NCBI GenBank assembly: GCA_048939015.1
Contig: JBHLPW010000087.1
Coordinates: forward strand, 1-16,064
DNA length: 16,064 nucleotides
Source: Promethearchaeota archaeon
Lineage (GTDB): Archaea; Asgardarchaeota; Lokiarchaeia; Sigyniarchaeales; SOKP01
Direction of reading: 5' to 3'
The translations under genes and the position numbers were made by a program. The notes under the pieces were generated by a model. It did not search any database and had not been told where the DNA came from. It was given only the letters and a program-made list of their open reading frames with translations. Numbering within the stretch: the stretch's first letter is position 1; each line of letters starts with the position of its first letter. Positions 6,888 to 16,064 of this stretch are shown in pieces.

Positions 6888-8009
6888 ATGGGAAACATAA
6901 CAGTTGTTCTTGATATAGGTCAGTTCAGCACAAAAATTGGATTTGCGGGTGAAGATTCACCATCACAAGTCTTCTTAACAATGGTAGGAACACCCAAATA
7001 TCAAAGTGTTGATGTTAGTTATGAATCTAAACATTCACGGGAAGATGAAATATATGTAGGAGATGAAATTCAATCAATTGGATTATATAAAATTTCCCAT
7101 CCTATTGAAAAAGGAATTGTTGTAGATTGGAATCATTTTAAGAACATTATTGATTATATTTTCTACAATTTGAGAGTGGATCCAACTCTTGTCAATGTAT
7201 TATTAGCGGTCCATCCATTATTTCCTTATAAAGATTTAGAGAAAATATTTCAGTTATTTTTAGAAAAATATCAATGCATGGCTTTTTATCCTGTATTAGA
7301 TTCAATGCTGACGTTATATTCAGGAGGTTTTCAAACAGGATTAATCGTGGAGATAGGAGATAGTAATACCCGAATAGTACCAATTTATGAGGGATATAAA
7401 CTAGAACATGCAGTACGGATTCTAGATATTGGAGGAAGAGTTTTAACTCATTATATGGAACAGATTTTGGAATCCATTGGTTGGTCCGTTGACTCTTCTA
7501 TTAGACGGGAACTTGTAAGAGTCTTAAAAGAAAAAGCATGTTTTGTTTCCTTAGATTATAAAGAAGACATAAAACGGAGTGAACAATATGAAAAAGAATA
7601 TTCTCTCCCAGACGGTTCTACGATCTCACTTAATAAAGAAAGATTTATTGTTCCAGAAATATTATTCAAGCCGACTTCAGAATTAGAAGAAGTTTCATTA
7701 CCAGCAGCAATAATGGATGTAATTGAAGAATGTGATTTAGATATCCGTCCAGACTTATTGAACAATATATTTCTCTCAGGCGGATCCTCCATGTTTCCTA
7801 ATATGAAATCCCGTATGTATCAAGAATTAGAATTGGAATTAGCAAGGCGTAAGAAGAAAAATTTAGGTATTCGAATTATAGCTCCAATGGAAAGAACTTT
7901 TTCTGTGTGGATTGGCGGTTCAATCTTAGCGATGATCCCTGAATTTTCGCAAAATTGGATTTCTCGTGCTAAATATTTTAATGAAGGAATACCACCTAAT
8001 CTTCTTTAA
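6888..8009 (+). CDS. Actin family protein (divergent Asgard actin-related protein)
   Basis: Colinear with eukaryotic actin: KIGFAGEDSP, YVGDE, PIEKGIVVDW, FYNLRVDP, VPIYEGY, LDIGGRVLT, KEKACFVSLDY, YSLPDG, ERFIVPEILFKP, CDLDIRPDL, LSGGSSMFP, APMERTFSVWIGGSILA. Confidence 0.95.
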   Translation: MGNITVVLDIGQFSTKIGFAGEDSPSQVFLTMVGTPKYQSVDVSYESKHSREDEIYVGDEIQSIGLYKISHPIEKGIVVDWNHFKNIIDYIFYNLRVDPTLVNVLLAVHPLFPYKDLEKIFQLFLEKYQCMAFYPVLDSMLTLYSGGFQTGLIVEIGDSNTRIVPIYEGYKLEHAVRILDIGGRVLTHYMEQILESIGWSVDSSIRRELVRVLKEKACFVSLDYKEDIKRSEQYEKEYSLPDGSTISLNKERFIVPEILFKPTSELEEVSLPAAIMDVIEECDLDIRPDLLNNIFLSGGSSMFPNMKSRMYQELELELARRKKKNLGIRIIAPMERTFSVWIGGSILAMIPEFSQNWISRAKYFNEGIPPNLL

Positions 8010-8125
8010 AATATCATAATTTATACCGGTGAAATATCCATATAACATTAAGATATTACATTTTGTTAAATAAATACTCTCAATATTAAATCATATTATT
8101 ATTATTTTTAAAGAGATAACTAAAT

Positions 8126-8467
8126 ATGGAAAAATTTGATGATAATAGGTATTATAAACCAAGCTATTCACATTTATTTAATAAAATAAAGGACATTAAA
8201 ACCCCTATAAAAAATGAAATCTTAATTGCACTCCTCGATGGTCATTGGCATTCAGAATTAGAATTAATAAGAGTCACTAAAAAACAGCATGGATTTGTAG
8301 GTCCTGTAACACTGGGAACTATGATACATGGTTTAAATCATACTATTAAAAATAATTATCTTCAGAAAAAAATCGTAAATGGTAAGTTATTTTATAAAAT
8401 ATCAGACAATTATGTGGGACTTACACGAGCAGCGTATAGATTTGACTCAAATGATTTTCTGAAATAA
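8126..8467 (+). CDS. Hypothetical protein, probable winged helix-turn-helix
   Basis: KNEILIALLDGHWHSELELIR (helices 1-2), GPVTLGTMIHGL (helix 3) and YLQKKIVNGKLFYKIS (beta wing) fit the wHTH pattern by eye. Confidence 0.55.
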   Translation: MEKFDDNRYYKPSYSHLFNKIKDIKTPIKNEILIALLDGHWHSELELIRVTKKQHGFVGPVTLGTMIHGLNHTIKNNYLQKKIVNGKLFYKISDNYVGLTRAAYRFDSNDFLK

Positions 8468-8501
8468 GATAAAACCCTATTAAAAATATTTCAAGGAAAA
8501 C

Positions 8502-8978
8502 CTAACCTTTTTTTAAAGTTTTCAATGCTATGATATTCAAGAGTAATATCATAATAGTAAAATAATATCCAAATCCAACTACATAAAGAAATAATGCGAA
8601 ATTCATTAGTAGTATAAAGAAAATAATGATTCCGAAGATCAAGAGAATTATACTTAAGAGGAGAATATTAATTTGAAATAACTTTATAGAATTACTCAAT
8701 TTTACTTTATTTGTTGATGCAAATATTGAACATATTCCAATATAAAAAAACATTATCCATATACCTGCAGATATAATTACTTCTGAGATATTTCCTCCTA
8801 CTGCTGTATATGCCATATTTCCATTGATCAAATAACCCCAGGAGTAACATTCTAAATTATTTAGAATAAAAATACTAAAAGATAGTTCCAAATTTTCTGG
8901 CGGATAAATTGGAATTTTAGCTACAAATGATAAAATTAGAGTAAAAATTCCAGCAACGATTCCTGATTTTATAGTCAT
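8502..8978 (-). CDS. Four-TM membrane protein
   Basis: 158 aa: TM1, a long loop, TM2, a short basic loop, TM3, GFGYY, then TM4. Confidence 0.7.
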   Translation of the reverse strand: MTIKSGIVAGIFTLILSFVAKIPIYPPENLELSFSIFILNNLECYSWGYLINGNMAYTAVGGNISEVIISAGIWIMFFYIGICSIFASTNKVKLSNSIKLFQINILLLSIILLIFGIIIFFILLMNFALFLYVVGFGYYFTIMILLLNIIALKTLKKG

Positions 8979-8994
8979 TTATCATGCCTCTTTC

Positions 8995-9495
8995 TTATTC
9001 AATTGGATGTTTCCAATAGCCTATTATAGCAATGATTAGATCTAATATTAAAATGTAAAACCCATAATTTAGAAAAATAAAAATATCTAAAATGTTTATA
9101 AAGGTTCCAAGAATTTCTAAGCTTAAAATTGGAATTCCAATGATTATATATAAGATAATTATGATTATAATAATAAAATTAAATAACATTAATTTCTTGC
9201 CTATTGGATTTTCTTTAAAAAAGCCTACTATTATTAAAATCGTTGCTGATGGCATTAACACAATAAATAAAACTCCTGTTAATAAATTGGCCTCAAACCA
9301 AGTTTGAAATACTCCATTTGTAATTACACCCAAAAAAAACAAGTGGCTATTTTGATAAGAAATTAATTGAATGGGTATTCTCACATAGAAATTTACATAA
9401 GGATTTTGAAATTGAAAATAAAAACCAAGTGGTATAAATTGTAGAAAAAATAAAGTATTTGTTAGGATTAAACAAAGAAATCCAAATTTATTCAT
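8995..9495 (-). CDS. Four-TM membrane protein, likely distant paralog of 8502-8978
   Basis: 166 aa with the same topology and NYGFY before TM4. Only 16 nt separate it from the next gene. Confidence 0.7.
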   Translation of the reverse strand: MNKFGFLCLILTNTLFFLQFIPLGFYFQFQNPYVNFYVRIPIQLISYQNSHLFFLGVITNGVFQTWFEANLLTGVLFIVLMPSATILIIVGFFKENPIGKKLMLFNFIIIIIIILYIIIGIPILSLEILGTFINILDIFIFLNYGFYILILDLIIAIIGYWKHPIE

Positions 9496-9551
9496 GTTAT
9501 TAGATTTGAATGTTATAATATTTGCTTTTTATAATAATAATAAATTATTTT

Positions 9552-11696
9552 TTATTTTTTTATGCATCTCCCTTTGATGATTCTATATTCCTCACATTTT
9601 GAACAGAATCCTTTGTCTGATTTCTCTTTAAAACTTTCATTCCAACATTTTGGGCATAAATAATAAGTCAGAAGCTTATTGTTTTTATTAAGTGTAACTT
9701 CAAATATATTAAAATTACAAATTGAACATACTGATTCTAATAATTTCAACTTTCCATTTTTTGGTAAAGATAAGTATTGCTTACAGTTATCATCAGAACA
9801 AACTAAGAATCTCTTGTTTTTTAAATTTATGAATTTCATCGGGTTTTTATCACAAAAGGGGCAATATGAAGTGGTAAGTGGGATAGTATATTCAATCTTA
9901 TAATCATTAATTTTGGTAACTAATTTATGTTTGTTTACAAGAAATTTATCAAATAGCTGTAGAAACTCATGTCTTACTTCATCTATAACATTTCTCATAT
10001 CTCGTTTATTATTTTTAATTTCCTCTAACTTTTGTTCCACATCCTTAGTAAATTGAGGTTTTAAGAAAGGTAACCATACTTCTATTAAATTTTCAATAAT
10101 AAATTTACCCAAATCCGTTATATTATAATTATATTTTACTCTTTCTATTAATCTTCGGGTTTGTAGTAATTTTATTATAATTGGTCTTGTTGATTTTGTA
10201 CCAAGGTGATTTTTTTCCATTAACTTAAGTAGGGTTGTATCTGTATATGTAGGAGGAGGTGTTGTCTCTTTTTGAAGAAATTTTATTTCCTTTATAGGAA
10301 GTACATCATCAACGATTTGGATTTCTGAATCATATTTTGGTTTAAGAAATGGAGCAATTTCTAAGAATCCAGGTGAAATTAATGAAACAATTTGAGATAT
10401 AAATTGCTCATCTTTTATCAGAATTTCTAACCTTTGCTTTGATTCTAAAGCATCTTCTCCAAAAAGTGCAAGATAATGGCGAGCAAGAATATTATAAACT
10501 TTTTTCTGCAATTCATTCTCAAGTCTTAAATCATTAAGCTCTAAACTTTCTATAGGAGTAATAGGAGGATGATCTCCCATATCTTTGGTTCCACTCGTCG
10601 GGTCAATTCTATTATTCATTATCAATTTTTTTGTATAATTTTGAAATAGTGAATGTAAAGTAAATTTCTGTAATATATTACTGTGATTAAAATCTGATTT
10701 ATAAACATCACTATCAGTTCTTGGGTAAGAGATTATTTTATTTAGATACAAAGAGTTCATTGTTTGCATTGCTAAACTTGCAGGTATCCGTAATTGTTTA
10801 GTTAATAGTACTAATGCTTTTGATGTATTCAATGGTTTTGGTGGAGATTTTTTTACGATATTTTTCGAATTATCTAAGATTTTTCCAATAACTTCATCTT
10901 TTATTTTTTGATATATTTTTCTCGCAATGTTTTCTTGTTCTTTCTTAAAAGGATTATGTTGGTGATGAGCTTGAATAACGAAACTTTTATTTAGCAAATC
11001 AGCATCTATTAGAAAATAAGGTTCGGGTTTAAAGTTAATTATTTCGAGTGCTCTAAGATATATTAAATAGAGGAGACTAGTCTGAACACGTCCTATAGAT
11101 GTAAATTTAACTTTAAATTTATTCAATAATAAGCGAAGTGTATTTGTAACTTCTCGAGTAGCAGAAAAACCTATAAATGCATCGATAATTGCTCTTGCTT
11201 CTCCAGATTCACCCCAAGAATATTTGGGTTTTATAAGATTGTTAAATTTATTAATAATTTCATTTTTTTGTAAAGAACTAAGCCACATTTGTGAAACCGT
11301 AATATTTGGATTCATTTTTTTTATAAATGGAAGCGCATCGAAAAAACCTATATTACATCCTTCAATATCAGCATCAGTACCGATTATACAATGATTAGAA
11401 ATTTTAGAATATTCTTTCAAAGTTTTTATATAGGAATAAGCATAATTATTAGGTACTTTTTCAATAGCAGAGGGATTAGTTATAATTTCTCGTGGAGCAG
11501 GTTTGGTCCAGCTCTTGAAAGCATCTGTATTTCTATATTCAAGTATATGTCCTCTTAAAGGAATTACATAAATATCTTTTGATATTACCAAATAGATTTT
11601 CAACTTTTTTGTCTTTTCTATAACTTTAACCGGTCCTAATGCCTGTGCTATTGCTTCTGCTGCTTTATTTTTTTCTGTGATTATTAAAGTTGTCAT
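9552..11696 (-). CDS. topA: DNA topoisomerase type IA with C-terminal zinc ribbons
   Basis: TOPRIM motifs LIITEK, GHILE and GTDADIEG; SIGRVQT; catalytic ISYPRTDS; DHPPITP; LGTKSTR; C-terminal Cys pairs (CPFC, CSDDNC, CSIC, CPKC, CSKC). Confidence 0.93.
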   Translation of the reverse strand: MTTLIITEKNKAAEAIAQALGPVKVIEKTKKLKIYLVISKDIYVIPLRGHILEYRNTDAFKSWTKPAPREIITNPSAIEKVPNNYAYSYIKTLKEYSKISNHCIIGTDADIEGCNIGFFDALPFIKKMNPNITVSQMWLSSLQKNEIINKFNNLIKPKYSWGESGEARAIIDAFIGFSATREVTNTLRLLLNKFKVKFTSIGRVQTSLLYLIYLRALEIINFKPEPYFLIDADLLNKSFVIQAHHQHNPFKKEQENIARKIYQKIKDEVIGKILDNSKNIVKKSPPKPLNTSKALVLLTKQLRIPASLAMQTMNSLYLNKIISYPRTDSDVYKSDFNHSNILQKFTLHSLFQNYTKKLIMNNRIDPTSGTKDMGDHPPITPIESLELNDLRLENELQKKVYNILARHYLALFGEDALESKQRLEILIKDEQFISQIVSLISPGFLEIAPFLKPKYDSEIQIVDDVLPIKEIKFLQKETTPPPTYTDTTLLKLMEKNHLGTKSTRPIIIKLLQTRRLIERVKYNYNITDLGKFIIENLIEVWLPFLKPQFTKDVEQKLEEIKNNKRDMRNVIDEVRHEFLQLFDKFLVNKHKLVTKINDYKIEYTIPLTTSYCPFCDKNPMKFINLKNKRFLVCSDDNCKQYLSLPKNGKLKLLESVCSICNFNIFEVTLNKNNKLLTYYLCPKCWNESFKEKSDKGFCSKCEEYRIIKGRCIKK

Positions 11697-11881
11697 TATT
11701 ACTTTATAATACTGCTTTAAATTGCTACTTTTTAATTTTTAAGAAAGAACATAATTTCATTACAATTAATTAAATTTCTGGTTATTAATTAAAAAAAAAT
11801 TAGATTATATTGATTTTTAATTATTGTAATATATTTGAACTTTAATTTTACCGAAAATAGAATAAATTAGATATATTGAAA

Positions 11882-14800
11882 TTAAAACGGTAATGTAAAT
11901 GAAAATTTCGAACCTTTATTATCACCCTCAGAATTTGCCCAGATTTCACCTTGATGAGCATTTATTATTCCCTTAGTTATATAAAGCCCTAATCCAGTTC
12001 CAGAATCCTTAATACTTATATGATCATTAATAATAGGAGGCTTAATTCTTTCAAATTTCTTAAATAATCTTCCAATTTCATCTTGAGCTAGACCAATTCC
12101 ATTATCTTTTATCTCAAAAATATAATGGTCCTCTTTTTTTTCAGAAGATATCTTTATCCAACCATAATCTGGAGTGAATTTTATCGCATTTGAAAGTAAA
12201 TTTGTAAATACAGTGAAAATTCTTGTTTGATCTATGTTCAAAATAATTTCATGATCGATATTTAGTATTATTTCAAGATTCTTTTCATTGATCAAATAAC
12301 TGAGTTCATCAAGACAATCACTAATGATTTTACTAATATTAATAGTCTCTTTTTGTAACTTTAACTCATTTTCATCTATTTTCAATACATCTAAAAGTTG
12401 ATCCATCAAAATTTCTAATCTATTCACATTCCTTTGTACAGTTAATAAATCCCTTGTAATTTCGGCGTTAAGTTGATTTCGATATTTCATCAAAATATAA
12501 TCAGTATATCCAGAAATCGAGATTAATGGAGTTTTTAATTCATGAGCTGCCATTGTTATGAAATCATTCTTAACTTTATCAAGCTTTCTCAATTCAATAT
12601 TCTGTTGCCTTAATTTCATTTCTGATTCTTTTAATTCTTGTTCCAATCTGAATTTTTCAGTAATATCAGAAAAGGTTCCTTCAATAAGCATAGGATTGCC
12701 ATTTTCATCTCGTTTTAGGTGAGCATTTACTTGTATTACTATATTCTCTCCATTTTTTTTTTTTAACTGGAACAATATAATTTCTTATTACTCCATTTTG
12801 TTGTAATAGTTTATCATATCTCTCTCTATCCTCTGGTTTTTGCCAAGAAAATGGAGGTGATTGTCCAATTAAATTTTCATTAGGATCATACCCGGCTATC
12901 CTACAAAATGCTGGATTATGGTATAATATATTTCCTTCCCACTGTATCATATAATATCCTTCATCTAAATTAGTTATCATATTTCTGAAATTTTTCTCGG
13001 ATTCAATGAGTTGATTTTCCATTTTCTTACTCTCAGTAATATCTCGTATAATTGTGATTACTTGATTAACACGATTTTCACTAAATATTGGAATCTTCCT
13101 TGTTTCAGTGAAAATTTCAGTTGTATTTAACAAAATACTTCCCTCTGTAATAAGAGTTTCTCCACTTTCAAAAACTAATTTATATTCTTCGTGTATTTCA
13201 TCAGGTAAGAAAGGAAAAGCATCAAAAACATTCAGACCTACAATTTTTTTATCGATATCTAGATTTCTAAGCCAAGAATCAAATGCAGAATTAGCGAGAA
13301 TTATATTTAAGTTTTTGTCAATAACATGTAAGGGATCGCTCAATGAATTAATTGTAGTTCGATATTGTTGTTCCGATTTGATTAAGTCTTTAGTTCTTTC
13401 TAGTACTTTTTGCTCCAAATCTCTATTCAATATTCGAAGTTCTTCTTGAGAGTTCTTCAATTCCTCTTCCGCTCGTTTTTTTTCAGTAATATCTTGTATA
13501 ATTACTTGAAAAACAGTCTCATCTCCAATTTCAACGAGAGAATCCTCTACGTTAATCCACATTAGAGAACCACTTTGCGATTTGGCAATTTGGACTTCAA
13601 GTGGTTCTGGGATAATACCTTGCAATAGATATTGATATCTATCTTTAAGTAAGGGTAAGGTTTTTTCAGGTTTTATATTTAGATCTAAAAAATTTTTATT
13701 AATTAAAGTCTCTATTTTTCTATTAAATAATTTCTCAGTAACAGGGTTACAATCGATTATTTTTCCTTTCCTATTAATTAATATAATTGAATAAGGAGAT
13801 TTCTCGAATAAATGTCGATATTTTGTTTCTGATTCTTTTATTTTTTGTTCAGCATTCTTCTTATCAGTTATATTTTGTATAATCGCTTGGGTTAATATTT
13901 GGTCACCGATATTTACAAGTGAACTAGTGATTGAAAGCCATATTTTTGTTCCATCAACTCGAGTTATTTGAAATTCTAATGGTCCTAGTTTTTCTCCTGT
14001 TAAAAATCTCTTAAATCGATTCTTTAATATATTTATGAGATAATCAGATCTTTTTAACACAGATAATACATCAGAAAATTTTCTTCCTATCAAATCTTTT
14101 ATTTCTAAAGTTGATAGTAAATCATTCATAGTTGAATTACAATCGACTATTACACCTTCTTCATCCATGAGCCAAATAGCATAAGGAGAACTCTCAAATA
14201 AATGACGATATTTCTTTTCAGATTCTTTTAATTTTTGTTCAGCCTGTTTACGGAGAGTTATATCTCTCGCTAAATTTAATATTTTTTGTACTTTCCCATT
14301 TTCCTTCAATGGTACAGAATTTACTTCATATTCAAAAATTTCTCCACTATAGGCTTGTGCTTTTATTTCAACACCTTTGATCTCTTTACCAGAAATTATA
14401 AGTTCTCCAATTTTTCTTAACTCGTCAAGATTTTCTCCCACATAAAACTTTGAAAAATTAATACCACGAACTTCATTTAATGTTGTACCAATTCTTTCCA
14501 GTAAAGCAGGATTCATATCTAAAATATTTCCTTTAGTATCTGTAATAAATATATAATCTGGACTAGCATTGAAAATAGTCCGATATTTCTCTTCAGATTC
14601 TTTAATTTTTTGTTGTAAAATATATTTCTCTGTAATATCTCTTGCTAAGCCATTAAAGCCAATTTTATTCCCTTCTGAATCATAGCTTAAATACACAGAA
14701 GATTCGCATGTTACTAAAGCTCCATTTTTTTTCTTAAACTGATATTGGAATCCAGACTGGGGCTTTGAGGTACTAAAAACTTGACTATAAACATTAAAAA

Positions 14801-15830
14801 TTTTATCTTTATTTTCTTTATCAACAAAGTTTTGGTAATTTGAATTAAGCAACTCATTTTTCGAGTAACCAATAAGTTCAACAAACGCATCATTGAAAAA
14901 TGTAAAATTTCCTTCTAAATCAACTTCAAAATATGTTTCCTTAATATTTTCCAGGATTCCACGATATTTTTCTTCTGATTCCTTTAACTTTTGTTCTGCT
15001 ATTTCACGTATAGTTATATCTTCATATGTGACAAGTATTCCAACAACTCCTCCTTTAGGGTCATGTAAAGGAATACGATTTATCTCAAACCAAGTTTGTT
15101 TACCATTAACTAAAGTCATTGATTCTACAGTATTATATTCAGCAGAATTATTCTTCATGACTTCATTTTCTTTACTTTTAATAGATTTCACATTATCCTT
15201 AATCCATATTATATCTTCATCAGTACTCCCAATGATGCTAGTTGGTTCTGATATATGGTTTAGGAGGGCAAAATTCTTATTACAACCCATATAAACCAAG
15301 TTTGTGTCTTTCCAATAAATAAGTTGAGGTATATTGTCCAATACTAATTCTAACATTTCCCTTGTTTTCTGAGCAACACTTTTTCCTTCGCGTGTTTGGA
15401 GTAATTTCCAAAATTGAATTTCTGGCACATAATCTGCTAATTCACCGAATCTTGCTTGGCTCCTTTGCATTTTGAACTCAAGATCCTTAAATTTTGTTAT
15501 TTCTCTGCAAATTAGAAGAACTTTTTTTTTATCATCCTCATTATCTCTAAAACTTTTCCCTTTAACCTCGAACCACTTAAATGGATTACCTTTATATTTA
15601 ATTTGTGCATCTATAACTCCAAAACCAGTTTTATAAATATTTTTTATTAGCCGATTTACTCCTTTCAAATCATCAGGATGAATAAATTCATTAAAATTTC
15701 TTTTTGATGTAAAATCCTCAAAATTGATATATTCACACTGGTTTTTACCATTAATAATAAATATCAGATCATCAATATTTTCAGAAAATATTTGACCAAT
15801 TTTACTGTAACTTTCAAATGTGCTTGTCAT
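11882..15830 (-). CDS. Cytoplasmic multi-PAS (about 8) sensor histidine kinase, interrupted by a one-base frameshift at 12753-12764
   Basis: ORF 12705-15830 holds tandem PAS domains with ESEEKYR/RDIT linkers. ORF 11882-12775 finishes the last PAS and carries the H-box AAHELKTPL, N-box NLLSNAIKFT, G1 DNGIG, F-box LFKKF and G2 GTGLGL. Removing one A joins them into a 1315-aa protein. Confidence 0.9.
12753..12764 (-). repeat. A12 homopolymer at the kinase frameshift
   Basis: Twelve consecutive T on the + strand. A11 would restore the reading frame. Confidence 0.9.
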
Positions 15831-16005
15831 TTCTTACAATTACCCCATACATCATTTTAGATTTTTATTAATCCAACAATTTATCATAAAATTTATCCTT
15901 TCTTATGAAAAAATTAGACATATTTAAATATATTTTTTATCTATTTAGAAATCATTAAAGTTAATTTGTACAACAATAGAATGATAAAAAAAAAATCAAT
16001 TATTT

Positions 16006-16064
16006 TTAGCTTAACCCAAATCGCTTGTCCATCCCCTCATAAATTTCCTCATCTTTTCCTGTCT
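16006..16064 (-). CDS. Possible 3' end of a gene entering from beyond the window
   Basis: Purine-rich open frame ...TGKDEEIYEGMDKRFGLS*, followed by a T10 tract on the - strand (15986-15995). An alternative frame is also open and the fragment is too short to identify. Confidence 0.35.
   Translation of the reverse strand, partial: TGKDEEIYEGMDKRFGLS

Noticed and set aside
7192-7792. Antisense ORFs 7192-7383 and 7556-7792
   Set aside because: Short, fully inside the well-supported actin gene on the opposite strand, with no motifs.
9092-9903. + strand ORFs 9092-9307 and 9679-9903
   Set aside because: Antisense shadows of the membrane protein and topoisomerase genes.
11882-12775. Treating the 297-aa kinase ORF as an independent gene
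   Set aside because: It starts in the middle of a PAS domain at a non-ATG codon just before the A12 run, so it is better explained as the frameshifted continuation of 12705-15830.
13108-15294. + strand ORFs 13108-13449 and 14893-15294
   Set aside because: Antisense to the PAS kinase with no independent coding signal.

Overview
AT-rich, gene-dense archaeal window that looks like Asgard archaea, probably Lokiarchaeia (inference from an actin-family gene, an IPGY-TM-basic Loki-CTERM-type sorting signal and a soluble multi-PAS histidine kinase). It encodes an ABC-2-type permease-like protein, a repetitive surface glycoprotein, a type I phosphoribosyltransferase, a PIG-L/LmbE deacetylase, a divergent actin-related protein, a winged-helix-like protein, two tandem four-TM proteins, a type IA topoisomerase and an ~8-PAS histidine kinase split by a one-base frameshift in an A12 run. 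The best candidate for an undescribed system is the co-oriented cluster at 5255-8467. A 236-aa protein built as coiled coil, then Gly/Pro-rich repeats, then a C-terminal WH2-like motif (RDEMLDELNRLKKI) lies two genes upstream of an actin homolog that keeps the WH2-binding surface but has lost canonical ATPase residues. This suggests a possible archaeal nucleation-promoting-factor/Arp-like pair. All alignments were done by eye; no searches were run.
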